A stretch of 64,000 bases of DNA from NCBI GenBank assembly GCA_052327205.1, contig JBMRGM010000035.1, forward strand, positions 118,730,001-118,794,000, in the 5' to 3' direction. The notes under the pieces were generated by a model. The model saw only the letters and a list, made by a program, of their open reading frames with translations, did no database searches and was not told the origin of the DNA. The stretch is from Somniosus microcephalus. Lineage: Eukaryota. This document shows, piece by piece, positions 12,497-25,677 of this stretch (its first letter is position 1; each line of letters starts with the position of its first letter). A program made the position numbers and the translations under genes.

Positions 12497-13020
12497 CAGG
12501 AAACTCTTTGTTATCCGGCACCGACGGGACCGGGATGGTGCTGGTTAATTTAAAATTCCAGATGATGGAGAGGGTTATCTACCGAGGCTATTTTTAACAT
12601 ACAAAAATAAAAAAAATCAGGAAATGTGCAGTATACAGTAATTGGGTACTCACCTACAGAATGTTGTGTTAAATGGATGGTGGAAGATGCTTGATTAAGT
12701 ACGGTACTGCCAGTTGAGGGCAATCCATAACTCTTTAATTACTTAACAGTAAAACAAAACTTATACAGTAAACGACTGTATACAGCGTGGGAGAGTCAGA
12801 CTCCTGTTACAGGGGTATTGAGGTGTTCGGACTTCCGACAGCGCCAAGAAGCCGAGTAGTGGCAGTTTGGAGAACTACCCCCACTGACTAACTTGACCAC
12901 CGCGGGAGACTCGGACTCGGCAACATTTCCGGTTATTGAGGTGTTGTTTTCGAAGTAAGAATTTTGCCGGTTAATAGAGAATTCTGGATATTTAGGTGCC
13001 GTTTAAATGAGAGTTTCCTG
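12497..13020. mobile_element. Tigger/pogo-like MITE (524 bp)
   Basis: TIR CAGGAAACTCT...CGGCACC at both ends, TA TSD (12495-96, 13021-22); removal restores GAITLLGVFYRPP of the CR1 endonuclease. Confidence 0.9.
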
Positions 13021-14812
13021 TACTAGGTGTATTCTATAGGCCACCAAATAGTGGGAAAGACAGGAGGAGCAAATTTGCAGAGTAATTACAGAGAGGTGCA
13101 AGAACTATAGAGTAGTGATAATGGGGGACTTCAACTATCCTAATATAGACTGGGATTGTAATAGTGTTAAGGGCAGGGAAGGGGAAGAATTTCTGAAGTG
13201 TGTTCAGGAGAACTTTCTTGATCAGTATGTTTCCGGCCCGACGAGGGAGGAGGCATTGCTGGATCTGGTTCTGGGGAATGAGGTAGGTCAAGTGGAGCAA
13301 GTGTCAGTAGGTGAACATTTAGGGAACAGTGATCATAGTATCATAAGGTTTAGATTAGCTATGGAAAAGGACAGGGAGCAATCTAGAGTAAAAATGTTTA
13401 ACTGGGGGAAGGCCAATTACAGTGGGTTGAGAACGGATCTGGCATGCAAAACTGTAATGGAACCATGGGCTGCCTTTAAAGAGGAAATAGTTCAGGTACA
13501 GTTGAGGTACATTTCCACTAGGGGAAAAGGCAGGGCAACTAAAGTCAGGGCTCCCTGGATGACGAAAGAGATAGAGAATATGATGAAGCAGAAAAAGAGT
13601 GCATATGACAGATGTCAGGTTGCAAATACATCTGAGAATCAGGCGATATATAGAAAGGTCAGAGGAGGAGTGAAAAAGAAAATAAGAGGGACAAAGAGAG
13701 GGTATGAGAATAGAATGGCAGCCAACATAAAAGGTAATCCAAAAGTCTTCTATAGGCATATAAATAGTAAAAGGGTAGTAAGAGGAGGGGTGGGGCCTAT
13801 TAGGGACCAAAAAGGAGACCTATGCATGGAGGCAGAGGGTATGGCTGAGATACTAAATGAGTACTTTGCATCTGTCTTCACCAAGGAAGAGGATGCCGCC
13901 ATAGACATAGTAATGGAGGAGGTAGTGGAGATACTTGATAGGATAAAAATTGATAAAGTACTTAAAGTAGATAAGTCACCAGGAGCAGATGGGATGCATC
14001 CTAGGATGCTGAGGGAATAGAGGGAGGAAATTGCAGAGTACTGGCCATAATATTCCAATCCTCCTTAGATACAGGGGTGGTTCCAGAGGACTGGAGAATT
14101 GCAAATGTCACACCCTTGTTCAAAAAAGGATGTAAAGATAAACCCAGCAACTGCAGGCCAGTCAGTTTGACCTCGATAGTGGGAAAGCTTTTAGAAACAG
14201 TAATCAGGGACAAAATTAACAGTCACTTGGACAAGTGTGGATTAATTAAGGAAAGCCAGCATGGATTTGTTAAAGGCAAATTGTGTTTAACTAACTTGAT
14301 TGAGTTCTTTGATGAGGTAACAGAGAGGGTTGATGAGGGCAATGCGGTTGATGTGGTGTACATGGATTTCCAAAAGGCGTTTGACAAAGTGCCACATAAT
14401 AGGCTTGCCAGCAAAGTTGAAGCCCATGGAATAAAAGGGACAGTGGCAGCATGGATATGAAATTGGCTAAGTGATGGGAAACAGAGAGTAGTGGTGAACG
14501 GTTGTTTTTCGGACTAGAGGAAGGTATACAGTGGTGTTCCCCAGGGGTCAGTACTTGGACCACTGCTTTTCTTGATATATATTAATGACTTGGACTTGGG
14601 TGTACAGGGCACTACTTCAAAATTTGCAGATGACACAAAACTTGGAAGTATAGTGAACAGTGAGGAGGAGAGTGATAGACTTCAGGAAGACATAGACAGG
14701 TGGTGAAAAGGGCAGACACATGGCAGATTAAATTTAATGCAGAAAAGTGTGAAGTAATACATTTTGGTAGAAAGAATGAGGAGAAGACATATAAACTAAA
14801 TGGTACAATCCT

Positions 14813-16346
14813 CATCCTAGGGTCTTAAAAGTGGCTAGTGAGATAGTTGATGCGTTAGTTTTAATTTTCCAAAATTCCCTAGATTCGGGGAAGGTTCCAT
14901 TAGATTGGAAAATAGCAAATGTAACTCCTTTATTCAAAAAGGGAGGGAGACAGAAAGCAGGAAACTACAGGCCAGTTAGCTTAACATCTGTCATAGGGAA
15001 GATGTTAGAAGCTATTATTAAAGATGTTGTAGCAGGGCATTTAGAAAAGTTCAAAGTAATCAGGCAGAGTCAACATGGTTTTGTGCAAGGGAAATCATGT
15101 TTAACCAATTTACTGGAGTTCTTTGAGGAAGTAACATGTGCTGTGGATAAAGGGGAACTGGTGGATGTACTGTACTTATATTTCCAGAAGGTGCCACATC
15201 AAAGGTTATTGCGGAAAATAAAAGCTCATGGTGTAGGGGGTAACATATTGGCATGGATAGAAGATTGGCTAGCTAACAGGAAACAGAGAGTAGGCATAAA
15301 TGGGTCATTTTCTGATTGGCAAGATGTAACGAGTGGTGTGCCACAGGGATCAGTGCTGGGGCCTCAACTTTTTACAATTTATATAAATGACTTGGATGAA
15401 GGGACCGAAGGTATGGTTGCTAAATTTGCTGATGACACAAAGATAGGTAGGAAAGTAAATTGTGAAGAGGACATAAGGAGGCTACAAAGGGATATAGATA
15501 AGTTAAGTGAGTGGCAAAGATCTGGCAAATGGAGTATAATGTGGGAAATGTGAAATTGTCCATTTTGGCAGGAAGAATAAAAAAGAAGCATATTATCTAA
15601 ATGGTGAGAGATTGCAGAGCTCTGAGATGCAGAGGGATCTGGGTGTCCTAGTGCATGAATCGCAAAAGGTTAGTATGCAGGTACAGCAAGTAATTAGGAA
15701 AGCTAATAGAATGTTATTGTTTATTGCGAGGGGAATTGAATACAAAAGTAGGGAGGTTATGTTTCAGGTATACAGGGCATTGGTGAGACCACATCTGGAG
15801 TACTGTGTACAGTGTTGGTCTCCTTATTTAAGGAAGGATGTAAATGCGTTGGAAGCAGTTCAGAGAAGGTTTACTAGACTAATACCTGGAATGGGCGGGT
15901 TGTCTTATGAGGAAAGGTTGGACAGGCTAGGCTTGTATCCACTGGAGTTTAGAAGAGTAAGAGGTGACTTGATTGAAATATATAAGATCCTGAGGGGTCT
16001 GGACAGGGTGAATGTGGAGAGGATGTTTCCTCTTGTGGGAGAATCTAGAACTAGGGGTCACTGTTTAAAATAAGGGGTCGCCCATTTAAGACAGAGATGA
16101 GAATTTTTTTCACTCAGAGGGTCGTGAGTCTTTGGAACTCTCTTCCTCAGAGGGCGGTGGAAGCAGAGTCTTTGAATATTTTTAAGGCAGAGGTAGATAG
16201 ATTCTTGGTAAGCAAGGGGGTGAAAAGTTATCGGGGGTAGGCGGGAATGTGGAGTAATCAGATCAGCCGTGCTCTTATTGAATGGCGGAGCAGGCTCGAA
16301 GGGCCGAGTGGCCTACTCCTGCTCCTAATTCGTATGTTCGTATGTT
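14813..16346 (+). mobile_element. Second CR1, 5'-truncated, nested in the first CR1
   Basis: ORFs 14831-15553 and 15612-16073 repeat the RT region; (ttcgtatg)n tail; host CR1 resumes at ~16347. Confidence 0.9.
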
Positions 16347-16470
16347 CAAGTGGGTGCACAAACAGAGAGACCTGGGGGTATGAATGCACAAATTGTCGAA
16401 GGTGGCAGGGCAGGTTGCGAAAGCAGTTAAAAAGGCTTACAGGATCCTGGGCTTCATAAATAGAGATATA

Positions 16471-18059
16471 GGCCTAGAAATTCGGTATAGCCGCGTTTGG
16501 GGCACTAGTCCTGGCGATGCGCAAAGTTTAGCGCCAGGCGCAATTTAGCGCCACCTAGCGCGATATTGGGTTGCAGCGCCCCTAAAGATGATTGCGGCGC
16601 TAAATCAAGCGCTGCACGCTACTCTTAAGGCGCTAACCCGGCGGCGCAACCCAATTTCGCGGCGGCGGGGCGCAGCGAGGGTGCCGTCAATAATCACTTT
16701 CCCTGAGACACACTGGCGCCAGCCAGCTCTTAAAGGGGCAGGTCAATTGGCATCACCAGACACACTCACTGCCTTGTAGGCCTTCAAAGCGGTGGGAGCC
16801 TACCTGTGGCGCACCAGCCTAGCAAGACATGGAAAGGGTGAGGCAGAGGGCGGAACGCCTCACTGATGGGGCATTGGATGCTTTGGTTGGCGCAGTGGAA
16901 TCAAGGCCAAGGAAGATGGTCAGAATGTGATTTATGTTTTGGACAGTCTCCCGGGTGTGAGAGGCAGTTATGTGTCAGTGTATTAGTTTTGCTTTCTGTT
17001 GCCATAGCTTTCTCATGTTTGAAGGAACCACATTTTGTGTAAAGAAACACTTTCTTCATTTACAATGGCCATGCCTGCTATTTACATGCATCTTGCCCTT
17101 CACAGGCTTGGGGGTATCAGACCGGTTCCATTCCTGTTCTTGGAATGGCAGCAAGCATTCCGTGAGAGGGGCCTAGAAGCTACTTTTGATCAGCCTCTGA
17201 CGTGCAGCCTGAGAAGAGCCGCTCGCGTAGAAGTTCAGGCCAGCAGGTATCTTCTCAGCCACCGACAGAGATGTCCTGCACTTTATCTGAGGCTGCAGAT
17301 CTGGCTGAAGCAGCTGGCACAGCTCAGTCACCACCTCCTTTCTAAATCGCAGCCTTCTGACACACTGCTCCTCCGGCATGTTCATGTAGGAAAACTGCTG
17401 TCGGAAAACCCTGCCAGCGTAAGGTCTGCTGTGGCAACATCTGTTGGCCCTCCTCCGTCTGGCCATGCCCGCCCCCCTCTCCCAGCGTCTCACTGCCCTT
17501 TCCAGATGATTCAGCAGCAGGACGTTCCCCTCCAATGCAGCCCCCATAATAAGTGCCCACAGGAAGGTCCCCCGTTGTCAAGGCTCACCAACAGCAAGGT
17601 GATGGTCAGAAGGCTGAAGATCGTCTGCCTGCACTGGCTCAGTGGTCAAATGGCTGTCAGTGTGCAGCTCAGCAACTCTTTGTAGCTCTCAAGGAAGTTG
17701 TGCTCCAAAAATGGCTGCTGGTTTTAAACCACACCAGTCCCCTTTAAATAACGCTCCTCCAGCCCGAGAGCGACTTGGTAAGGTTCCAGGTAAGCTGTCA
17801 CTATTAGCGCCAGGCGCTACGGAGGGGGGCGCCACTGAATTTCCGGTCCGGGGCGCCCAAAAGGCGTTGCACACTCAAATGATATCATAATCAGTCTGCG
17901 CCCATGAGCGGGCGCTAAGACTTAGCACCGGCGCTAAATGCATGCTCAATATGGGGCGAGGCGCTAGGCGCCTTGTGCCCGCCCGGAAATTGGCTAGCGC
18001 CCCACTTCTCGGCCTCTTTAGGCGTTAATCGATGGCGCTAACAACCGAATTTCTCCCCC
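16471..18059. mobile_element. PIF/Harbinger transposon, internally deleted
   Basis: TIR GGCCTAGAAATTCGGT / ACCGAATTTCTCCCCC, ATA TSD; Myb/SANT start on + (~16829 MERVRQRAERLTDGALDALV) and transposase start on -. Confidence 0.9.
17197..17547 (-). pseudogene. Harbinger transposase (HARBI1-like) N-terminal fragment
   Basis: RVFRQQFSYMNMPEEQCVRRLRFRKEVVTELCQLL...LSVAEK..GLNFYASGSSQ; DDE core missing. Confidence 0.85.
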
Positions 18060-19129
18060 ATAGAGTACAAAAGTGTGGAAATTATGATGAACCTGTATAA
18101 AACACTGGAGTACTGTGTCCCATTCTGGGCACCACACTTTAGGAAGGATGTGACGGCCTTAGAGAGGCTGCAGAAAAAGTTTACGAGAATGGTTCCAGAA
18201 ATGAGGGACTTCAGTTACGTGGATAGACTGGAGAAGCTAGGGTTGTTTGCCTTGGAGCAGAGAAGGTTGAGAGGAGATTTGATAGAGGTGTTCAAAATCA
18301 TGAAGGGTCTGGGCAGAGTAGATAGAGGGAAACTGTTCCCATTGGCAGAAGGGTCGAGAAACAGAGGTCACAGATTTAAGGTGATTAGTAAAAGAACCAA
18401 AGGTGACATGAAGAAAACCTTTTTTACGCAGCGAGTGGTTAAGATCTGGAATGCAGTGCCTGAAAGGGTGGTGGAAGCAGATTCAATCGTGGCTTTCAAA
18501 AGGGAATTGGATAAGTACCTGAAGGAAAGACATTTGCAGGGCTATGGGAAAAGGGCGGGGGAGTGGGACTTGCTGAGAGTCTGCACGGGCTTGACGGGCC
18601 GAATGACCATTCCAATGCTGTAACCATTCTATGATTCTAAAAATCGTAGGGGCATTAAAACATTTGAAATTTTCTTTGAACACTTACTAGCTATAAAAGT
18701 GTTGGAGACAGTGGACTGTTTCACTGAGAGCCAAGAATCTCTATTGGGATAGAAGATCAATAGTATTGAGATGGAGGATCAGCCATGATCGCATTGAATG
18801 GCGGAGCAGGCTCGAAGGGCCGAATGGCCTACTCCTGCTCCTATTTTTCTATGTTTCTATGTTTCATCTAATCAGGTAATGAAGAGTCTGTTTGTTTCCC
18901 AATTGGCGGTGGGAAGGCGGGCGTCGCGAGGATGGACATGTTGGGCGACCAATGGTGGGAGTGTGGGGGCGGGACGGTTGTGGGCGGGAGGTCATGTGAC
19001 GAAGCCTCTAGGAATGCGTCCAACCAGAGTTGGCAACCCTTGTCCTGGGTTCACTGATCCCGAGATTGTTTGGGCTCGGGGTCTGTTTAGGCACATTAAG
19101 CAAATTGTGTTTACTATTGGTTGTGTTGT

Positions 19130-19512
19130 CAAGGTCAGAAGGCCGCGGGTTCGAGACTTGGGCACGTGATCCAGGCTGACACTCCCGGTGCAGTACTGAG
19201 GGAGCACTGCACTGTCGGAGGTGCCATCTTTCGGATGAGACGCTAAACTGAAGTTCAGCCTGCCTGATCAGGTAGACGCAAATGATCCCAAAACACTGTT
19301 CGAAGAGCAGAGGAATTCTTGGAACATTGATCCCTCAATCTGCACCACCTAAAAAGAGATTAATTGGCCTCATTGCTGTGTGTGGCAGCTTGCTGTGCAC
19401 AAATTTGTTGCGTTTCCCTATGTTACACCAGTGACTGCACTTCACAAGAATTAATTGGCTGTGAAGCACTTTGGGGTAGCCTGAGGATGTGCTGTACAGA
19501 TGCAAGTCCTTT
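19130..19512 (+). mobile_element. Deu-domain SINE, diverged
   Basis: ggctgacactccc.gtgcagtactgagggagcactgcactgtcggaggtgcc.tctttcggatgagacg. Confidence 0.8.
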
Positions 19513-19513
19513 T

Positions 19514-20518
19514 GCCCCAATTTTAGGCCCGCTCCTCACTGGTTTTCCCATTATGTGTCATTTTGACAGGCGCGTTCTGGCCAGCCTGCTAGGTCCTTGC
19601 GCCAGGCAGGCGTTGGGCATTCAGAGCCGGCCTCAACAGGAGCACCAAGCACGAAAGAGTGGCAGGCCCAGAAAAGGCAACAACAAAATCAACAACAAAT
19701 TGCATTTATATAGCACCTTTAATGCAGTAAAACATCCCAAGGCGTTTCACAGGAGCATTAGCAAACAAAATTTGACACCGAGTCACATAAGGAGATATTA
19801 GGACAGGTGATGAAAAGCTTGGTCAAAGAGGTAGGTTTTAAGGAGCGTCTTAAAGGAGGAGAGAGTTGGGCAGGTTTCGGGGGGGAATTCCAGAGCTTAG
19901 GGCCTAGACAGCTGAAGACACGGCCGCCAATGGTGGAGCAATGAAAACCGGGGATACGCAAGAGGCCAGAATTGGAGGAGTGCAGAGAACTCGGGGTGTT
20001 GTAGGCCTGGAGTAATTTATAGAGGTAGGGAGGGACGAGGCCATGGAGGGATTTGAATACAAGGATGATAATTTTAAAATCGAGGTGCTGCTCAACCGGG
20101 AACCAATGTAGGTCAGTGAGCACAAAGGTGATGGGTGAACTTTAATCTTTTTTTAAAAAAAGTTTCCTTGCGAGACAGGAAGCGGAGGAGTGTTCCTTCA
20201 GGCCCCACAAGGAAACCCAGAGCCCCGGGCTTCCCTTCCCCGACCATGATTGACTAACCCCCTCCCTTCCCCCCCACCACCACTTACCTGACTGCAGGGG
20301 ACTGTTCACCCAAGCCCCAGGTCATGGCCTCCTGAAGCGCTCCCCCAGCTCCCACCACTGACGCCGGGTTAGGACGAGATTCGGCCTGATATATTTAAAT
20401 GACCTGGGCCTCACGCTAGTGAGCCTCATGTCGCCCCCACCTGCCCCGCACTTGCCCCCACGCTCGCCCTGCTCTAGCCTTGCACTCTTCCCCCCACACC
20501 TCGAGTTAAAATTGGGGC
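19514..20518. mobile_element. MITE with perfect 12-bp TIR, containing an L2 fragment
   Basis: GCCCCAATTTTA / TAAAATTGGGGC flanked by T runs. Confidence 0.7.
19680..20140 (-). mobile_element. L2 LINE 3' fragment
   Basis: LTDLHWFPVEQHLDFKIIILVFKSLHGLVPPYL; tail gctatataaatgcaa(ttg)n. Confidence 0.88.
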
Positions 20519-20774
20519 TTTTCGTTCTCAGTTCGCAAATCAACACTTGGGATTAGATTCCCGGTGGGCCGACCTGGACCCTGTAAAGCTGCGTTGGGTC
20601 TTGTACAATTATTTTATTCTTATTAAAATCTTCACACTTTTTTTCTCCAGCCACGGGAGTGTTCGGTGTACCTGCAACTTAAGTTACAAAAAGCCTGTGT
20701 CCTGCTGCTCTTTCAATGCAATGACATGTCTTCCCAAGTCATAAGTCTATAGTCAGGGATCTTTATGAATTATT

Positions 20775-21940
20775 GGTCCAGAAATTCGGGTCCCAACGCG
20801 TGAGTACGCACGGGGTACTCACGCGTAGGCCCAACGAAAGTGCCGGTTTTGTGCATGCACTGCGCATGCGCGGGAAACCGGCACGTCCGTTCCCCTGAAA
20901 GGGGTTCAGTGGTGGAATGCGTGCGCGTGAGAGGCAGCGCGTGCGCATCGAACTTACGTTTTTTTTCCAGGTTTCTCCGGGAAGGTAAGTCTCCAGAAGT
21001 TAGACATGTAAAAAGCAGTCGCAAGACCTGCTTTTAAAAAGGTAAGTGGTGAATTAATTAAAATTAAAACATTTTTCCCACAGGTTTATTATTTTTAAAT
21101 ACTTTAAAGAAAGGTAAGTTTATTTTTAGCCCCATTAGAAAATGTAATTAACTTTTTCTAAAATTTAAATTATTGTTTAAAATAGTTATTTCATGTAGAA
21201 ACATAGAAACATAGAAACTAGGAGCAGGAGTAGGCCATTCGGCCCTTCGAGCCTGCTCCGCCATTCAACGAGATCATGGCTGATCATCCAAACCCTAGCA
21301 CCCGGTCCCTACACCGACAGCCATCCCACCCAAGCCCTATCCCCGTAACCCCACATATTTAATCCCCCCTAACACTAAGGGCCAATTTTTTTTATCATGG
21401 CCAATCAACCTAACCCGCACATCTTTGGACTGTGGGAGGAAACCGGAGCACCCGGAGGAAACCCACGCAAACACGGGGAGAATGTGCAAACTCCACACAG
21501 ACAGTCACCCGAGGCCGGATTTGAACCCGGGTCCCTGGCGCTGTGAGGCAACAGTGCTAACCACTATGCCACCGTGCTGCCCCCTATGCCACCGTGCTGC
21601 CCCCTGTATAAATGTAATTTATAGTTTATTTTAAAAATGTGATTTAAAAAAAAAATTATTTGAAGTTTTAGTGATTTTTGGGGCTTATAGTATTTATAGG
21701 TTTGACAAACTTATGAATGAAGCAATCCCTGCTACCATTGGCTCTCCATGGCCCACGTGGTCCCAGGGGACACATCGAACTAACTGCGCCCCTGGGATAC
21801 GCAAGCACTGCGCGCCGGCAGTTGGAGGAGGCCCAGGATTGCAATTCCACGGGGGCCCACAGCTCAACGGCCGGCACGCGAGGTAAGTGCAGGTCGGAGG
21901 CTTGTACCCGCGGGAAGCCTCCGACCTGAATTTCTGGGCC
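20775..21940. mobile_element. Harbinger-type non-autonomous element
   Basis: TIR GGTCCAGAAATTCGGGTC / GACCTGAATTTCTGGGCC, ATT TSD. Confidence 0.85.
21196..21604 (-). mobile_element. HE1-like V-SINE with CR1-derived tail
   Basis: tRNA head (tggcatagtgg A box, ggttcaaatcc B box), V-domain gtgggtttcctccgggtgctccggtttcctccc, tail matching local CR1 ends; first 19 nt duplicated. Confidence 0.88.
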
Positions 21941-22065
21941 ATTACCTTATTTGAGGCTAACGCCAGCTTGTCTAAAACTCTTGGTCGGCTTTTGCTGTCC
22001 TCTAGATTGAACTTTAAACCGAGGCCTCATTTGTCATTTCAGATGGATATTAAAGATCCCACAAG

Positions 22066-22660
22066 AGTGCTTTATGTATGGTTTTATACAAATACAAATT
22101 CTAGTCAAGTTTTCCATAAACGCAAGTTATAGATAAATGTAAGTGACGTAATAAAGACTCACTACGCACTTGGTTGTACATAAAGCAATGCTTTAATCGA
22201 CTTGTAACAAAACATGGAGGTCTAGTTAGTAGTCACTAGCTTCCTGTTTCCAGACTGTCTCTGGCCAAGGTGGGCCCACGCCCGAGTATTTATACTCCTC
22301 GGGCGGCGCCCTCAGCTGGCTGTTCAGTAGTACTTCTTGTAGAAGTTGCGATTTATGACAGTAAGTATTATATTAATAAAGGTTTAAAATAAATGTAAAT
22401 TGTGGGAAATGGAAGTTCTAGATAAATTCCAGTGCACAATCCATACAAATGGAAGTTTTATATCAATGCAAACTCTACCTAAATAACATTCTATGTAAGT
22501 TAATGTTCTATATAAATACAGGTTATGCATCAATGCACATTTTATAAAATGCAAGTTCCAGGTAAGTGCATTTTATATGGATGCAAGTTCTATACAAGTG
22601 CAAACTGTATGTAAATCCATGTTCCAGCAAACCTCAAATTCTAGATATACAAGTTCTTTT
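22066..22660 (+). repeat. Highly decayed ~18-bp tandem array (consensus near tataaatgcaagttcta)
   Basis: Recurrent aaatg.aagtt.ta spacing on both sides of the solo LTR. Confidence 0.55.
22144..22360. mobile_element. Solo LTR (217 bp)
   Basis: TG...CA termini, perfect GTAAG TSD (22139-43, 22361-65). Confidence 0.8.
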
Positions 22661-23190
22661 ATAGAATCATGGAATAGTATGGCACAGAAGGAGGCCATTC
22701 AGCCCATCGAGTCAGCGCCGGCTCTTTCGAAGACCAATCCAGTTAGTCCCACTCCCCTGCTCGTTCCCCATATCCCTGCAATTTTTTTCTCCTTCAAGTA
22801 TTTATCTAATTCCCCTTTGAAGGCTACAATTGAATCTGTCCACCAGCCTATCAGGCAGTGCATTCCAAATCCTAACCACTCGTGTAAAAATTTTTTCCTC
22901 ATGTCGCCTATGGCTCTTTTGCCATTCACCTTATATCTGCTCCCTCTCGTTATCAACCCTACAGCCATTGGAAACAGTTTCTTTCTTTACTCTATCTAAA
23001 CCATTCATGATTTTAAACACCTATCAAATATCCTCTTAGCCTTCTCTGCTCTAAGGAGAACAACCCCAGCTTCTCCAGTCTGTCCACGTGACTGTAATCC
23101 TTCATCCCTGGAACCATTCTGGTAAATCTCTTCTGTACCCTCTCCAAAGCCTTCATGTCTTCCCTAAAGTGTGGTGCCCAGAACTGGACA
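22661..23190 (-). mobile_element. CR1 3' fragment
   Basis: TRGSRYKV...DSIVAFKGELDKYLK; similar to 18075-18638. Confidence 0.85.
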
Positions 23191-23515
23191 GGCTTTTATG
23201 ATTTTGCTAGCAATGGCAATCAAAGGAAACTTCCACTCCCTACCCCCTCCCCCTTGCTGTTCAACCTTGATGTCCTGCACTATAGGCTTTGGCTCTGAAT
23301 GAACAAGGAAAGGGTGAAATTGGACATGGGCAAGATGGGGGTGGCACAGAATAGGCGGAATCCCTTCTGCTGCCGGTTATACCACACACCCGATAGTTGG
23401 TGCTATTGAAGTCTAAATATAGGGCTGGGCATATAATGGGCGACTGGTGCGATACACCCCCGGTTTTGCGCCCCCCCCCCGCCGGTTGTCCAATTTTACG
23501 CACCGCCCACCCCAT

Positions 23516-25677
23516 GGGCTGGATTTTGCCAATGGGGGCGGGCTGGGTGTGTGTCAGGTGGTCGGCAGTTCCCGACCCCGCCTCTGATGTGATTCGTGAC
23601 AATTGGCCGATTTTCCCCTAATTGGGCACTTGATTTCCAGCGTGTGGAAACCCCTGGCCCAATGAGTCTTTTCATACAGAAACTCGCCTCCGATGACGTC
23701 ATCTATGCAGCTGCATTTAAGGCCTGCAAGCAGCCTTCATTCTTTTTCAGCCTTACAACTTTATGACCATTCTTCTGAGGGATTCCTTCTGCAAGTATGT
23801 CCAACACTGGACCAAAGTGTGCACCCAGATTCGATGAGGCCTCCCTCCAAGCTCTGGTGGAGGGAGCAAGAGCAAATAAGGAGGTGCTCTTTCCTTCCTC
23901 AGGGAGGAAAAAAGCCTCCACAACAGACTAAAGCTGTGTGGCTGCAAGTGGCCCAGGAGGTCAATGCTATTTCTATGTGCAGCAGAACCTGGCTGCAGTG
24001 CAGAAAGAGGTTTCATGATCTTCTCTGCACAGGAAAAGTGAGTATTACATTCCCATCACCCTCAATCTGATCCCCATCACCTCTCATCACCAGCACTCTG
24101 CTTTGTCAACCTCCTCCTCCACATCCCACTTCACCCGTACATCCCTGCAGCCTTACCCATTCCCTCTCTCTCTATGTTCACATTCACTTAACTATTCGAC
24201 TATGCAGCCCTATCACTGTGATGCAATGACAACAACTTACAACACACAGGGAGGGCTCTTGGTCTTGGCACCTCACTCCATCTTTGTCTCCTTCTAAGCA
24301 TCTATGCTATGGATTCTCTACACTCACTCCTTCATTCTCACTCAAACTCCACTTGTGTCCCTCATTGCAGGAAAAGAGAGCCCATAATAAGAGGGAAAGG
24401 GCGAGGACAGGAGGAGGGCCACCCTCAATTGCCCAGCTCACCAGTGCAGAGGAGGCGGTCCTGGAGATCGTGGGAGTGGAGGAGGATGCACAAGTGGGGG
24501 ACGGACAGACAGGCGCATCACAGCAAGCTGGTGACAATAGTTTTGCATCTCTCTCATTGACATTGCATGAGTGACTGATAATGATTCTGATGCTCTAACA
24601 GATTGACTTATGATCATCTGCACAATTCAATGTGCATGCAACCTTTATCTCACATATCTAACTCTTTCCTTTACTCCCCCACAGGACCATCGAGAGCCCC
24701 CGTCCCCACTGTCTAGGAGGAACAGCCTGAGCCTGAAGACTCCTCAGAGGAAGCTGCAACCTCTGAGGGCACAGCGTCAGCAAAATTCAGCACACCCAGC
24801 ACCAGCGCAGACACTCACACCTTGGTGGGACCTTCGGGACATAGAGTAGTGCTGTCACCTGGTGTATCACAGATCACAAGTGAGCATCAGCAGATGGTGG
24901 AGACAGGGACAGCAGTGGAGAGTCCTCGTCAAAGGGCGCAGGACTCTGCCAGCTCGGCTCAGCTGCATGTCGACCCTGTGCCTCCGGGTCCATCCAGAAG
25001 GAGAGCGGTGCTGGAACTCCAGGAACAGGTGCAGGAGTCTCTGGCAGGCTTTGTCTCCAGGGTAGCTGCGAGTGTGGAGTGAATGGAGGAGTCCGTCGCG
25101 AACATGAGCAGAGCCTTTGTGGAGGCATTGGTGCATGAACGCATCACCACGGAAAGGATGGCAACCTCCGTGGAAAGGATGGGTTGAGGAAGCGCTCAGT
25201 CAAGGTGGGGAGAGGGGTTTCCCAGGAGGTCACACTGCAGATGGGTGTCAGGCTCTAAACTTCCACAACAATGAGTAGGCCTGCTAAAAGTTCCCCCAGA
25301 CCTGAGACAACAAAGTTCTGCCACCTGCAAATGATCATTGGTGAAAATTCCTTTTTAATGGTGGAGCTGCAGCTGTTAGTAAGCCATTCACTTGTGAGGC
25401 TGCCAGGATTAACTGGCGTGTTCCAGAGGAGATGTGCAGCACGGGGGAAATGTGTTAAAATCAGAAAGGCCTCTCAAAATGGGATTATAGAGGCAATTAA
25501 CTGGTTCTTAAGAGCCTATCCCGCCTCTTGGAGGCGGGATGGAAACGGGGTCTGAAACCATGAAAAATTGCTCGGAGGCGGGATGGCGGCGGGATCAGAT
25601 CCGCCCGCCATTTTCCACACTTTTAACACCTCACACGCCTCCAAACCCGCCTCCTCGGGCCTGGTAAAATCAAGCCC
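23516..25677 (+). mobile_element. Harbinger derivative retaining only the Myb/SANT gene
   Basis: TIR GGGCTGGATTTTGCC / GGTAAAATCAAGCCC, CAT TSD. Confidence 0.85.
23797..25187 (+). pseudogene. Harbinger Myb/SANT-like protein, 3 exons (~23797-24037, 24371-24530, 24685-~25187)
   Basis: APRFDEASLQALV...VWLQVAQEVNA...RTWLQCRKRFHDL then gtgagt; tgcag then EKRAHNKRERARTGGGPP; frameshift in exon 1 and stops in exon 3. Confidence 0.8.

Larger units (their letters stand above)
10914..18638 (+). mobile_element. Full-length decayed CR1 LINE with three nested insertions
   Basis: 5' UTR, ORF1, APE domain (IMGDFNYPNIDW, LDLVL, SDH), RT, C-terminus (ORF 18075-18623), tail ccattctatgattcta; homology resumes across each insertion. 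Confidence 0.88.
10836..19041. mobile_element. hAT-like MITE split by nested insertions (arms ~10836-10913 and ~18863-19041)
   Basis: Inverted termini TAGGGTAGCCAAC / GTTGGCAACCCTT; no clean 8-bp TSD survives. Confidence 0.55.

Noticed and set aside
17173-17547. Host HARBI1 gene
   Set aside because: Truncated, lies between TIRs with a TSD, and is nested inside a CR1
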